Shown here piece after piece: positions 31,068 through 41,074 of a DNA stretch of 64,000 bases (the stretch's first letter is position 1; every line of letters starts with the position of its first letter). This stretch comes from Nitrospirota bacterium. GTDB lineage: Bacteria > Nitrospirota > Thermodesulfovibrionia > Thermodesulfovibrionales > Dissulfurispiraceae. Under the pieces are notes generated by a model. The model saw only the letters and a list, made by a program, of their open reading frames with translations, was not told the origin of the DNA and made no database searches. The stretch is from NCBI GenBank assembly GCA_963790025.1, contig CAWBMP010000005.1:384001-448000 (forward strand), given 5' to 3'. The translations under genes and the position numbers were made by a program.

Positions 31068-31829
31068 ATGAATAATTTGGATAGTATACGGATGGTGATT
31101 GAATATTACGGGGAGCTTGGGTTTGACCGGTTGCCGCTGAGTTGCTGCACCGGGTTGCCGGCAGCCGATACAATTAATGGAGAAAGCATTTCTGACGTCT
31201 CGACACCTGCAAATCGTTTACTGACGCATGAAAGGGAAGCTGCGCTTAGGGACTTACGTGAGTTCATCGGCGATTGCCGGAGGTGCAAGCTCTCTCAGGG
31301 CAGAACAAATATTGTTTTCGGCGAGGGCAAAGTCAACGCGCGCATCATGTTTGTCGGTGAAGGACCCGGGAGGGAAGAGGATTTACAGGCCAGGCCCTTT
31401 GTCGGCGATGCAGGACAACTTCTCACTAGGCTCATTGAAAAAATGGAACTTAATGGAGTGAATCTCAAACGCGAAGATGTGTATATTGCCAATATCGTTA
31501 AATGCAGGCCGCCGATGAACCGCGATCCCCAGGCAGATGAGATTGCGACCTGTTTCCCTTTTCTTCAAAAACAGATCGAGATTATATCACCCCAAGTTAT
31601 AGTTTCACTGGGAAAAGTGGCCGCTTACACACTTTTAGGCCTGTCAGACCCGATGGCCAAGTTTTCGATCACAAGAATCCGGGGGAAATTCAGTGACTAC
31701 AAAGGAATACCGCTTATGCCGACCTTTCATCCCGCGTACCTGCTCAGGAACCCGCGTGATAAATGGCTCACATGGGAGGATGCTCAGGCTGTCTTGAAAA
31801 AACTCGAATCATTGGAAAATGATATATGA
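31068..31829 (+). CDS. Uracil-DNA glycosylase, family 4 (Fe-S)
   Basis: C..C.L, GEGPG, PFVG.AG, KCRPP.NR, HPAYLLR. Confidence 0.94.
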   Translation: MNNLDSIRMVIEYYGELGFDRLPLSCCTGLPAADTINGESISDVSTPANRLLTHEREAALRDLREFIGDCRRCKLSQGRTNIVFGEGKVNARIMFVGEGPGREEDLQARPFVGDAGQLLTRLIEKMELNGVNLKREDVYIANIVKCRPPMNRDPQADEIATCFPFLQKQIEIISPQVIVSLGKVAAYTLLGLSDPMAKFSITRIRGKFSDYKGIPLMPTFHPAYLLRNPRDKWLTWEDAQAVLKKLESLENDI

Positions 31830-32317
31830 AAACACTCTGGGCGCCGTGGAGAATGGAATACATCCTTGGCAAGAAAGATCCCGAATGTCTTTTTTGCGTC
31901 AAGCCGGAGGAACAGAAGGACAGGGAGAACCTTATCCTGTACAGAGGCGGGAACGCGTATGTGATTATGAATAAATATCCATACAACAACGGCCATCTTA
32001 TGGTAGTGCCATATATGCATACTTCGTCATTTGATAATCTTCGTGATGCCGACCTGCTCGACATCATGAAACTTGCGCGGTTCTCCATCGATTGCCTTAA
32101 GAAGGCCTTTCATCCGGAAGGGTTTAATGGTGGAGTTAATATCGGCGAAGTTGCAGGTGCCGGAATCAAGGAGCACCTGCACATGCATATTGTACCCCGG
32201 TGGGCCGGAGATTCGAACTTTATGGCGGTCACCGGCGAGATACGGGTCATCCCGGAGCATATACTCGAAACCTACGACAAACTTTACCCGTTTTTTGCCG
32301 GCAACGTACCGGTTTAG
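31826..32317 (+). CDS. HIT-domain protein (Ap4A hydrolase/phosphorylase-like)
   Basis: LWAPWR, C.FC, NKYPY..GH, HLHMHIVPRW. Confidence 0.93.
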   Translation: MKTLWAPWRMEYILGKKDPECLFCVKPEEQKDRENLILYRGGNAYVIMNKYPYNNGHLMVVPYMHTSSFDNLRDADLLDIMKLARFSIDCLKKAFHPEGFNGGVNIGEVAGAGIKEHLHMHIVPRWAGDSNFMAVTGEIRVIPEHILETYDKLYPFFAGNVPV

Positions 32318-32330
32318 GAGTTCCTGCTGC

Positions 32331-32360
32331 TTGACTCCACCTTTTTAGCCTGTGTAAACT
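32331..32360 (+). promoter_or_regulatory. Sigma70-type promoter of gmhA (possibly leaderless)
   Basis: TTGACT-N18-TAAACT ending 6 nt before ATG 32367; no SD. Confidence 0.5.
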
Positions 32361-32366
32361 AACCTG

Positions 32367-32951
32367 ATGGAAAAAAAGATACTCAGGGCCTTCGAAGATA
32401 GCATTGCGGTAAAGGAAAAATTTGTTAAAGAGAACGTGTCGCTGATCGCCGAGATTTCAAAACTCATCGCCGATGCGTTCAATGACGGAAAAAAGCTGTT
32501 GTTGTTCGGCAATGGAGGGAGCGCTTGCGATGCTTCGCACATTGCAGCCGAATTCGTTAACCGGTTTAAAAGAGACCGTCCAGGCCTTCCCTCAATAGCA
32601 TTGAATACCGATATGGCGGTGATTACTTCTATTGCGAATGATTATGATTATTCCGAAATCTTCGCAAGGCAGGTCAAGACGTTGGGTGAGGCGGGGGATG
32701 TCGCTATCGCGCTAAGCACAAGCGGAAGCTCAAAAAATATCCTTAAAGCGGTTGATGTGGCAAAAAAGAAAGGCATCCTGACGATTGCCTTTACAGGCCT
32801 GAAGGGTGAAAAATTTGCCGCGAAAAACGACTATGCCTTCATTGTTCCCTCTGAAGATACCCCGCGTGTCCAGGAGGTGCATATAACTCTTGCTCACGTT
32901 ATATGTCAGATAGTGGAAGAGATACTTTTTGAAGCCCCGAGAAAAAAATAA
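32367..32951 (+). CDS. gmhA: D-sedoheptulose 7-phosphate isomerase
   Basis: GNGGSA.DA.H.AAE, NDY, STSG.S, PRVQEVH. Confidence 0.95.
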   Translation: MEKKILRAFEDSIAVKEKFVKENVSLIAEISKLIADAFNDGKKLLLFGNGGSACDASHIAAEFVNRFKRDRPGLPSIALNTDMAVITSIANDYDYSEIFARQVKTLGEAGDVAIALSTSGSSKNILKAVDVAKKKGILTIAFTGLKGEKFAAKNDYAFIVPSEDTPRVQEVHITLAHVICQIVEEILFEAPRKK

Positions 32952-32958
32952 AAAAGGA

Positions 32959-33471
32959 ATGAAGATTCTAGGTATTGATCCTGGAAGCATTTATTGCGGT
33001 TATGGTTTTATAAAGGCGCCTGACAGAAAGGCGCATTTGGCCGCCAATCGGAGGGGCTGTCAGCCGTTGTACCTGGCTTCCGGCAGAATTATTCTCCCGG
33101 CGCGCAAACCGCTTCATATACGACTTAAAGAGCTTTATGCCACTCTTACCGAAGTAATCTCCGACTATGGGCCTGATGAAATAGTCATAGAAAAAATGTT
33201 TTTTGCAAAGGGGATAAAGGCTGCCCTGAGTCTTGGACACACGAGGGGTGTTGTTCTTATTGCCGCTGCCCTCACAAACCTCGATATCTACGAATATTCT
33301 CCGCTTGAAGTAAAGAAAGCAGTCGTCGGCTATGGAAAGGCGGACAAAAACCAGGTGCAGATGATGGTTAAAGAAATCCTTGCGATAGGACATTCCCTGT
33401 CTCCGGACAGTGCCGATGCACTGGCACTGGCGCTTTGCCACGCACATACAAGAAGGTTCGACAGTCCCTAA
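32959..33471 (+). CDS. ruvC: Holliday junction resolvase RuvC
   Basis: ILGIDPG, IE..F, EYSP..VKKAVVGYG.ADK.QV, DSADALALA. Confidence 0.96.
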   Translation: MKILGIDPGSIYCGYGFIKAPDRKAHLAANRRGCQPLYLASGRIILPARKPLHIRLKELYATLTEVISDYGPDEIVIEKMFFAKGIKAALSLGHTRGVVLIAAALTNLDIYEYSPLEVKKAVVGYGKADKNQVQMMVKEILAIGHSLSPDSADALALALCHAHTRRFDSP

Positions 33472-33500
33472 CAAAAGGGCATCTCTTGATTAGGGGCCCT

Positions 33501-33533
33501 AAAATATACGTTGATGCCGACGCCTGCCCAGTC
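33501..33533 (+). pseudogene. Short remnant of a YaiI/YqxD (UPF0178) gene
   Basis: Encodes KIYVDADACPV, the conserved N-terminus of that family; no start codon and no continuation. Confidence 0.6.
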
Positions 33534-33714
33534 AGTTATCGGAGGAAAGCGATAAACCAGCTCAACGTGCTCAAAAAATGCATAAAACCGGTGGAAAGCG
33601 ATGAACCTGCTACCGGACCAATATATTTTTTGGCATAGCATACAAAAAAATGTTATTTTAAAAGAGGAGCTTATAAAGATTAACCTGATTATAGAGGCGG
33701 ATTTAAACGCCGAT

Positions 33715-34602
33715 ATGAAAGCAATGGAAAATATAAAGTTATTATTAATTGAAGACGATCCGGCAGATGCAGAGCTTTTCCGGCGTATGTTGGACGACAT
33801 ACGGCATGCGACAATAGAGCTCGTATGTGCCAATAATATATCGTCAGGATTTAAACATTTCGACCGTGGCGGCATACAAATAATTCTTACCGATCTTAAT
33901 CTGTCGGACAGCCGCGGACTTGAAACAATTGCCAGAATAAACGAGCAAATACCGGAAGTGCCTATTATCGTATTGTCCGGCCTCGACGATGAAGAACTTG
34001 CAATCGAGGCACTAAAATCGGGCGCTCAGGACTATCTGATAAAGGGACGGATCGATGCCGATCGCCTGATACGCTCGATACGCTATTCTATTGAACGGCA
34101 TCGGCTGATTCAAAAACTCAAATCAATATCCATTACCGACGAACTAACTGGCCTTTATAACAGGCGCGGGTTTCTGGTACTTGCAAAAAAACAGCTGGAA
34201 ATGGCCGCACGTCTCAATAAATTATTATGGTTGATTTACCTGGATATAGATAACATGAAATGGATTAACGATAACCTTGGACACAGGGAAGGGGATGAAT
34301 CATTAATTGACATGGCTAATATCCTGAAGCAGACATTCCGTGGATCGGATATAATTGCCCGCATAGGTGGCGACGAGTTTGCAATCATTGCTCTGAACGA
34401 CTTTGAACCGGATTCTAAAGAAATGATTGAGCGCGTTCGGGAAAACACAGCGAACTTTAATGCAAATGGGGAACGACACTATAAATTATCGGTAAGCATA
34501 GGATTAGTTCCCTGCGATACCGTACCTGACTGCAATATCAATGAGTTGCTGGTCATAGCAGATAAATTTATGTATAAAGAAAAAATGAGTAAGAAAATAT
34601 AA
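33715..34602 (+). CDS. Response-regulator diguanylate cyclase (REC-GGDEF)
   Basis: LLIEDD, TDLNL, DYLIK; DELTGLYNRR, I-site RGSD, GGDEF; start 33715 or 33724. Confidence 0.94.
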   Translation: MKAMENIKLLLIEDDPADAELFRRMLDDIRHATIELVCANNISSGFKHFDRGGIQIILTDLNLSDSRGLETIARINEQIPEVPIIVLSGLDDEELAIEALKSGAQDYLIKGRIDADRLIRSIRYSIERHRLIQKLKSISITDELTGLYNRRGFLVLAKKQLEMAARLNKLLWLIYLDIDNMKWINDNLGHREGDESLIDMANILKQTFRGSDIIARIGGDEFAIIALNDFEPDSKEMIERVRENTANFNANGERHYKLSVSIGLVPCDTVPDCNINELLVIADKFMYKEKMSKKI

Positions 34603-34603
34603 T

Positions 34604-35191
34604 ATGATTGCGTCGTTGCGTGGGAAGCTTCTTTCGAAGAGACCGGACAGTCTGATCGTTGATGTACATGGTGTTGGATACGGCGTTCAGGTGCCCTTGA
34701 CCCTCATTTCATCCCTTCCCGGCGAACAGTCAGAGATTTTTCTCCATATACATACGCATGTGAGGGAAGATACATTACAGCTCTACGGGTTCCAGGCGGA
34801 AGATGAAAAGAGGATATTTACAACCTTGATCGGTATCTCAGGTATAGGACCTAAGACCGCGCTCAACCTCCTTTCAACTATCCCTCCCGAAAAATTTTAT
34901 ACTGCTGTCGATGCCGAAGATGTCGATGTTTTGTGCAGGGTGCCGGGACTCGGCAAGAAAACGGCCCACCGGTTGATTCTTGAGTTGAAAGATAAGCTGC
35001 CTTCATTCAGGGAGAAAAAGAATACTGTGTATGACGACACGCTTTCCGCACTGGTGAACCTGGGTTATAAAAAGAGCATAGCCATGGAGGCCCTTGAAAA
35101 GGCCTCCGGCATCGGGATGAACGATATTGAAGGTTTGCTGAGGGAGGCTTTAAAATATTTAACAACAGGCAAAGGTACAGGTAAAGGTTGA
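34604..35191 (+). CDS. ruvA: Holliday junction branch migration protein RuvA
   Basis: GVGY, HVRED, LYGF, SGIGPK, PGLGKKTA, ALVNLGY. Confidence 0.97.
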   Translation: MIASLRGKLLSKRPDSLIVDVHGVGYGVQVPLTLISSLPGEQSEIFLHIHTHVREDTLQLYGFQAEDEKRIFTTLIGISGIGPKTALNLLSTIPPEKFYTAVDAEDVDVLCRVPGLGKKTAHRLILELKDKLPSFREKKNTVYDDTLSALVNLGYKKSIAMEALEKASGIGMNDIEGLLREALKYLTTGKGTGKG

Positions 35192-35212
35192 GAAAAGCCT
35201 GATTTTAAACTT

Positions 35213-36280
35213 ATGAGAATAGAGGATAAAGAAATTGGGCCTTTGTCTCCTGAAGCTGAGGACCAGGAGGAGATAACTTATGAGAATAATCTGCGGCCCC
35301 GCTCACTTGATGAATTTATCGGACAGCAGAGGACCAAAGAGAACCTGAAGGTTTTCATCGCCGCTGCGGCCCTCAGGAAGGAGCCCCTTGACCACGCACT
35401 TTTTTTTGGGCCGCCTGGACTAGGCAAAACTACTCTTGCCACGATCATAGCCAATGAGTTGGCTGTGAATATTAAGAGCACATCCGGCCCGGTACTCGAA
35501 AGACCAGGTGATCTGGCAGCAATATTGACCAATCTTGCCGACCGCGACATACTGTTTATTGATGAGATCCACCGGCTGCCGAGAATTGTGGAAGAGGTGC
35601 TATATCCTGCCATGGAAGACTTTAACCTTGACATTATTATAGGTCAGGGCCCCAATGCGCGGACGTTAAAGTTGAACCTCCCTCGTTTTACGCTGGTAGG
35701 GGCCACCACCCGTACAGGACTCTTAACTTCGCCGCTGCGTGACCGGTTTGGCGTCATATGCAGACTCGAGTTTTATACGCCTGAGGAGTTGAAAGAAATA
35801 ATTGGACGGTCCTCGCACCTGCTTGAAATGCAGATAAAAGAGGATGCGGCCATCGAGATTGCAAGGCGATCACGAGGCACGCCCAGGATAGCTAACAGGC
35901 TGCTCAAGAGGATCAGGGATTTTGCCCAGGTTAAAGGGGATGGCGGCATAAACATGACGATAGCGAGAGAGGCCCTGACAGCACTTGAAGTTGACCATCG
36001 CGGCCTTGATGAAATCGATAGAAAATTGCTTCGCACCATCATGGATAAGTTCAATGGCGGCCCGGCCGGTGTTGAGGCCATTGCTGCCTCTATGAGGGAG
36101 GACCGGGAAACTATTGAAGATGTGTATGAGCCGTATTTGCTTCAGGAGGGTCTGATTGAGCGGACGGCGCGGGGAAGGCTTGCTACGAGATTGGCCTACG
36201 AGCATTTAGGGAAAAAGCCGCCTCGAGGGTTGTCCAAAAAGTCACAAGATTTTTTGGGGGACCCGGACGGCCTCTTCTAA
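35213..36280 (+). CDS. ruvB: Holliday junction helicase RuvB
   Basis: [32 protein letters not shown]. Confidence 0.98.
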   Translation: MRIEDKEIGPLSPEAEDQEEITYENNLRPRSLDEFIGQQRTKENLKVFIAAAALRKEPLDHALFFGPPGLGKTTLATIIANELAVNIKSTSGPVLERPGDLAAILTNLADRDILFIDEIHRLPRIVEEVLYPAMEDFNLDIIIGQGPNARTLKLNLPRFTLVGATTRTGLLTSPLRDRFGVICRLEFYTPEELKEIIGRSSHLLEMQIKEDAAIEIARRSRGTPRIANRLLKRIRDFAQVKGDGGINMTIAREALTALEVDHRGLDEIDRKLLRTIMDKFNGGPAGVEAIAASMREDRETIEDVYEPYLLQEGLIERTARGRLATRLAYEHLGKKPPRGLSKKSQDFLGDPDGLF

Positions 36281-36284
36281 CGTA

Positions 36285-36851
36285 ATGAAACTACTGATGC
36301 ATATCTGCTGTGCAAACTGCGCAACATATCCCTTATCAGTGGTCAAAAAAAGGGGTATTACGGTAACGGGTCTTTGGTACAACCCGAATATCCATCCCTA
36401 TATGGAATATAAAAACAGACTGGAATCACTTCGGAAACTTCAGCAATTATGGGACCTGAATATTGAGTACGATGACTACTACGGCTTACAGGAATACCTG
36501 AGGAATGTGGTCGGAAATGAGGGCGGCAGATGCGAATACTGCTATACGGTGAGACTTGAGCAGGCGGCTCTCAAGGCCCTGGAGATAAAGGCCGATGCGT
36601 TTTCAACCACTCTCCTTGTGAGCCCGCATCAGAAATTTGATATGATTCTCGGCATCGGGCGGCTGATGCAGGACCGGTATGCCGTGGAATTTTATGCCGA
36701 GGATTTCAGAAGCGGCTTTCGCGAGGGCAGGGAAGAAGCCAAAACAATGGATCTCTACCGTCAGCAATACTGCGGATGCATCTATTCCGAGATGGAAAGA
36801 TACCAAAAAAGACAGACAAAGGCAGAGGTAAAGACTTTACCTTGTTTTTAG
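36285..36851 (+). CDS. queH: Epoxyqueuosine reductase QueH (DUF208)
   Basis: HICCANC, YNPNIHP, RC..CY..RL, LYRQQYCGC; near queA. Confidence 0.9.
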   Translation: MKLLMHICCANCATYPLSVVKKRGITVTGLWYNPNIHPYMEYKNRLESLRKLQQLWDLNIEYDDYYGLQEYLRNVVGNEGGRCEYCYTVRLEQAALKALEIKADAFSTTLLVSPHQKFDMILGIGRLMQDRYAVEFYAEDFRSGFREGREEAKTMDLYRQQYCGCIYSEMERYQKRQTKAEVKTLPCF

Positions 36852-36853
36852 AT

Positions 36854-37078
36854 ATGGACGGCTTACAGCACTTAGGGAAGTTATTGATTGTTATCGGCAT
36901 CGTCTGTGCCGCTGCCGGGGGGCTGCTGCTGCTTTCCGGAAAGGTCCCATGGCTCGGCAGGCTTCCAGGAGATATTATTTTACAGAGGAAAAATTTCACT
37001 TTTTATTTCCCTCTGGCGACCAGCATCATTGTAAGTATTCTATTGACGCTGTTATTCTGGATTATAGGTAAAAGATAA
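36854..37078 (+). CDS. DUF2905-family small membrane protein
   Basis: GRLPGDI...FYFPLATS..S..LT motif. Confidence 0.85.
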   Translation: MDGLQHLGKLLIVIGIVCAAAGGLLLLSGKVPWLGRLPGDIILQRKNFTFYFPLATSIIVSILLTLLFWIIGKR

Positions 37079-37206
37079 AAGGGTAAAAGGTTAATGGCTG
37101 AAGGCAAAAGGTTAAAAGTTAAAAAGTCACTAAACGAAAAAATAAAGAATTTATTTTTATTGTGCTCTTTACCCTTTTACCTTTTGTCTTTTACCCTTAG
37201 CCTTTC
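37067..37206. repeat. Heptamer-based palindromic element overlapping the start of the SpoIID gene
   Basis: (TAAAAGG)-like left arm and (CCTTTTA)-like right arm. Confidence 0.7.
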
Positions 37207-38152
37207 CTCTGTATCTTTTGCCCAACCCTGTATTCGTGTGCTCCTTGTCGATAACAAAAACGCAAGAATACCTCAAAAAGATGAGAAGGTTGAGAGGGTA
37301 GGCGGTACCAATGGAGAGGTGATCCTGAACGGAATGAAATACTCCGGCAATTTAGAGGTCTGGAAGAGCGATAAGGGACTCTACATTATCGACGAGATCA
37401 GCATGGAGGATTACGTTAAAGGCGTGGTGGCTGCCGAAGAAGGAGGTCAATGGGATATCGAGGCGCTAAAAGCACAGGCAGTTGCTGCGCGGACGTATGC
37501 GCTGCGCCAGTGGTTGGGCGGCGGAACGTCTAAAATGCCCTATAATCTTACTTCTACAGTCCTGCACCAGGCTTACAGGGGAAATAACATTCCCGAGCGG
37601 ATAGTAAAAGCGGTAGACGATACAAAAGGTGAAGTGCTTATGTATGAAGGTGCCCCTATCGTTGCCTACTATCACTCGACGAGCGGAGGGATGACCGAGG
37701 ACCCGCTTGAGGTTTTTGGAAAAGCCTATCCTTATTTAAAACCTGTGAAGACAAACTGCGAGCTGTCGCCATATTATATGTGGGAAAAGAGAATAGCGAC
37801 GGCAGATATCGAGAAGGTAATGAACGTATCCGGTCTGAAGGACATTATCATCGACTCATATACTGTTTCGAACCGCGTCAAGGTCTTCAGGCTTTTAACT
37901 GAAAATGGTGAAGTCGAAGTCCCCGGCCCGGATTTCAGAAAGAATATAGGCTGGGAACAGCTGCCAAGCACAATGATTACAAGTCTTAACAAGGACGGAA
38001 ATGTATATGTCTTTGAGGGAAAAGGTTACGGCCATGGTGTCGGAATGTGCCAGTGGTCCGCCCTTGAAATGGCAAAAGAGGGAAAGGATTACAGGGAGAT
38101 ACTCTCCACGTTTTATCCGGGTACTACTATTGGGGTCTATGAAGACCGCTGA
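37094..38152 (+). CDS. SpoIID/LytB-domain peptidoglycan lytic protein
   Basis: EDYVKGVVAAE, EALKAQAVAARTYA, YHSTSGG.TE, GYGHGVGMCQW. Confidence 0.92.
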   Translation: MAEGKRLKVKKSLNEKIKNLFLLCSLPFYLLSFTLSLSSVSFAQPCIRVLLVDNKNARIPQKDEKVERVGGTNGEVILNGMKYSGNLEVWKSDKGLYIIDEISMEDYVKGVVAAEEGGQWDIEALKAQAVAARTYALRQWLGGGTSKMPYNLTSTVLHQAYRGNNIPERIVKAVDDTKGEVLMYEGAPIVAYYHSTSGGMTEDPLEVFGKAYPYLKPVKTNCELSPYYMWEKRIATADIEKVMNVSGLKDIIIDSYTVSNRVKVFRLLTENGEVEVPGPDFRKNIGWEQLPSTMITSLNKDGNVYVFEGKGYGHGVGMCQWSALEMAKEGKDYREILSTFYPGTTIGVYEDR

Positions 38153-39173
38153 TTTTTATTTTAATCTTCCCCAGGAACTGATTGCCTCACGGCCTTCCGA
38201 AAAGAGAGATTATTCACGACTGCTGGTCCTTCACAGAGATGGGTCTGTTGAGCATAAGCGCTTCTTCGAAATCTTGGACTATCTTGAAGAAGGCGACATG
38301 ATGCTCATGAACAATACCAAGGTATTTCCCGCGCGCATTATGGGGAAAAAGAAGGGAGGAAAGACGGTCGATATGCTGTTGGTCAGTGAAACGGCTGATA
38401 AAACAATATGGGAAATATTGTGCAGGGGCCATGCTGACGGTCCTGTAACCATTTTTGACGATGTTAATGCAGAGATTGAATCGCATTATTCAGGTAATAA
38501 AAACGAAAAAAAAAGATATCTGAAGATACCTGAAAGCGCTGTATCAGAACTGAACGACCTGTTCTGGAAATATGGATACATGCCGCTGCCTCCCTATATC
38601 AAGCGCATGCCTGAAGATGTTGACAAGGAGCGCTACCAGACAGTCTATGCCGAGAGGCAGGGCTCCATAGCTGCGCCGACTGCCGGACTTCATTTTACCA
38701 ATGAGCTTATACGGAAGATACAGGATAAAGGAGTATCTGTCAGGTTTTTGACATTGCATGTTGGGACGGGTACATTCAAGCCGGTGAGGGCCGAATCTTT
38801 GGAAGACCACCATATGGATGCTGAATATTTTGAACTGAATAAATCCATTATACAAGAACTGCGGCAGGTAAAGAAGAGCGGCAGAAAGCTTATATCAGTT
38901 GGCACCACAACAACCAGGGCACTCGAAAGCATTCAATTTGAGGATTCCCCGTGTCCGGACGTTATAAAGGGGACTACCGATATCTTTATTTATCCCGGGT
39001 ACAGCTTCAAGACAGTCGACTGTCTTCTCACTAATTTTCATCTGCCCAGTTCAACACCGATGATGCTCGTATCAGCATTAGCCGGATTTGGCAAAATAAC
39101 AAAGGCGTATAAGGAAGCTGTTGCTATGGATTATAGATTTTTCTCCTATGGTGATGCTATGCTAATTTTATGA
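38139..39173 (+). CDS. queA: S-adenosylmethionine:tRNA ribosyltransferase-isomerase
   Basis: PLPPYI, YQTVYA, AAPTAGLHF, LHVG.GTF, TNFHLP, FFSYGDAM. Confidence 0.98.
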   Translation: MKTADFYFNLPQELIASRPSEKRDYSRLLVLHRDGSVEHKRFFEILDYLEEGDMMLMNNTKVFPARIMGKKKGGKTVDMLLVSETADKTIWEILCRGHADGPVTIFDDVNAEIESHYSGNKNEKKRYLKIPESAVSELNDLFWKYGYMPLPPYIKRMPEDVDKERYQTVYAERQGSIAAPTAGLHFTNELIRKIQDKGVSVRFLTLHVGTGTFKPVRAESLEDHHMDAEYFELNKSIIQELRQVKKSGRKLISVGTTTTRALESIQFEDSPCPDVIKGTTDIFIYPGYSFKTVDCLLTNFHLPSSTPMMLVSALAGFGKITKAYKEAVAMDYRFFSYGDAMLIL

Positions 39174-39967
39174 TAGGGAGGGGGCCGGAAAGATCATCAA
39201 TCTTACTGCTGGGCCGAAATTCAGTAGTTATTGGTGCGCTTCTCATCACCATAACCAGTTTCGGAGCAGGATATTTTTTTGGCTATAAGAGTAGTGAACC
39301 GTCAGAACAAGAGAAACAGGTTGCCGAGAGCTCGAGGCCGGGTGAAGTGGTCCCTCTCGGAGAGAAGCGGATTATCGAGGTTCCTGCTGCAAAAGATGTA
39401 GTGGTCAAGCAGTCTGCTGCCCCCCCTGTTTCCGGGAAGCCTTCTGATCCGATTGCCGAAGCCTCTGGGCATAAGTCACAGGAAGCGGCAGTTCTAAATG
39501 CAAAAGGGGAGACGTCCGGGAATAAACCTGATAAGTCCTCCATCGAACCTAAGAAAAGCGGGGTCGATGTTGCTGCAGCCGGAGCAAATAAGGTGCAGCA
39601 GGAAAATACTTCTGGACAATCTACCCAGGCTACTCAGGCTGCTCAGTCAGGAAATGCCGACTCCAAAAGCAGCAAGCAAGTACGCGAGAAGGCAGCAAAG
39701 AAGGCAAAGAAGGCAAAGAAGAGGGCTTCTACCGGTAAATTATACACAGTGCAATTGGGAGCGTTTCCAAATAAAGAAGGAGCGGAACAACTGTCTCAGC
39801 ATCTTAAGTCTAACGGCTATGCGCCTTACATTGTAAACGGAAACGGAAGCGACAGCTATTTCAAAGTGAGATTAGGGACCTTTAAGAGTAAAGAAGCAGC
39901 AGAAAAAAGTGCAGCGGCGCTTTTGAAAAAAACGGGATCGCAGAATTTTGTGACAGTGGCACAATAG
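39170..39967 (+). CDS. SPOR-domain cell division protein
   Basis: N-terminal TM, low-complexity linker, YTVQLGAF...FKVRLGTF. Confidence 0.88.
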   Translation: MIGRGPERSSILLLGRNSVVIGALLITITSFGAGYFFGYKSSEPSEQEKQVAESSRPGEVVPLGEKRIIEVPAAKDVVVKQSAAPPVSGKPSDPIAEASGHKSQEAAVLNAKGETSGNKPDKSSIEPKKSGVDVAAAGANKVQQENTSGQSTQATQAAQSGNADSKSSKQVREKAAKKAKKAKKRASTGKLYTVQLGAFPNKEGAEQLSQHLKSNGYAPYIVNGNGSDSYFKVRLGTFKSKEAAEKSAAALLKKTGSQNFVTVAQ

Positions 39968-39995
39968 AGAATTCCCTCCAATGTCAGGAAATCCC

Positions 39996-40086
39996 AATGA
40001 GTTATAAGACATGAGTGAATGGGCTTTTAGAACGGGACCGCTTTGTCCATCAATACCCATTTGCCCATATGATCATTTACCCATAA
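39996..40086. repeat. Octamer-based imperfect palindromic element
   Basis: aatgagtt..atgagtga-atgggctt / acccattt-gcccatat-gatcattt-acccataa. Confidence 0.5.
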
Positions 40087-40096
40087 TACTAAGAAA

Positions 40097-41074
40097 ATGG
40101 AGACCCTCACGAGAACGATAGAACTTGAACTTGACGAAGTAAAGGAGTATCCTTTTCTTCATGGAGGAGTCGATAAGACCCTTAAGGTCATCGAGGAATC
40201 CCTCGGAGTTGTTATCAGTGTGAGAGGAAATATGCTGATTATCAGGGGTGATGATGAAAAAATCGAGGTTGCGGAACGATTGATCGAGGAACTCCGGTCT
40301 GTCAACAGGAACGGTTATACCCTTAAACCTGAAGATATAATTTATGCGGTAAAATCGATGTCTGAAGGCCAGGTTATTTCTGTCAAAGAACTTTTTTCCA
40401 ACAATATCCCGGTAGCATCGAAGAGAAGGTTTATAATACCCAAGACGGAAACGCAGCGGCGTTATATCGACGCCATACGGACGTATGATATTGTATTCGG
40501 CATAGGTCCGGCGGGCACCGGTAAGACATATCTTGCTATGGCCATGGCCATCAGCGCATTTCTGACAAAACAGGTTTCGAGGATCGTTCTGGTAAGGCCT
40601 GCGGTGGAAGCCGGGGAAAAACTCGGATTTCTCCCGGGCGATATAGCTGAAAAAGTCAGTCCATATCTAAGGCCGCTTTACGATGCATTGTTCGACATGA
40701 TGGAAATTGACAAGGCTTCAAAGCTTATCGAGAGGGGCATTATAGAAATAGCCCCTCTTGCCTTTATGAGGGGGAGAACGCTGAACGATTCCTTTGTCAT
40801 ACTCGACGAAGCTCAGAACACCACGCCTGAGCAGATGAAGATGTATCTGACCAGGCTTGGATTCGGCTCAAAAACAGTGGTTACCGGAGATATCACTCAG
40901 ATTGACCTGCCGGCGGACAGGATCTCAGGACTTGTAGAGGGTATCAGAATACTCAAAAACATCGAGGACATAAAAATTATACATTTTACCGAGCGGGATG
41001 TCGTTCGGCACCGGCTCGTCCAGGAAATCGTACGGGCATACGAAAAATATGAAAAACGTAACGCCGAAGAGTAA
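40097..41074 (+). CDS. phoH: PhoH-family ATPase
   Basis: GPAGTGKT, RPAVEAGEKLGFLPG, FMRGRT, DEAQN, GDITQID. Confidence 0.96.
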   Translation: METLTRTIELELDEVKEYPFLHGGVDKTLKVIEESLGVVISVRGNMLIIRGDDEKIEVAERLIEELRSVNRNGYTLKPEDIIYAVKSMSEGQVISVKELFSNNIPVASKRRFIIPKTETQRRYIDAIRTYDIVFGIGPAGTGKTYLAMAMAISAFLTKQVSRIVLVRPAVEAGEKLGFLPGDIAEKVSPYLRPLYDALFDMMEIDKASKLIERGIIEIAPLAFMRGRTLNDSFVILDEAQNTTPEQMKMYLTRLGFGSKTVVTGDITQIDLPADRISGLVEGIRILKNIEDIKIIHFTERDVVRHRLVQEIVRAYEKYEKRNAEE

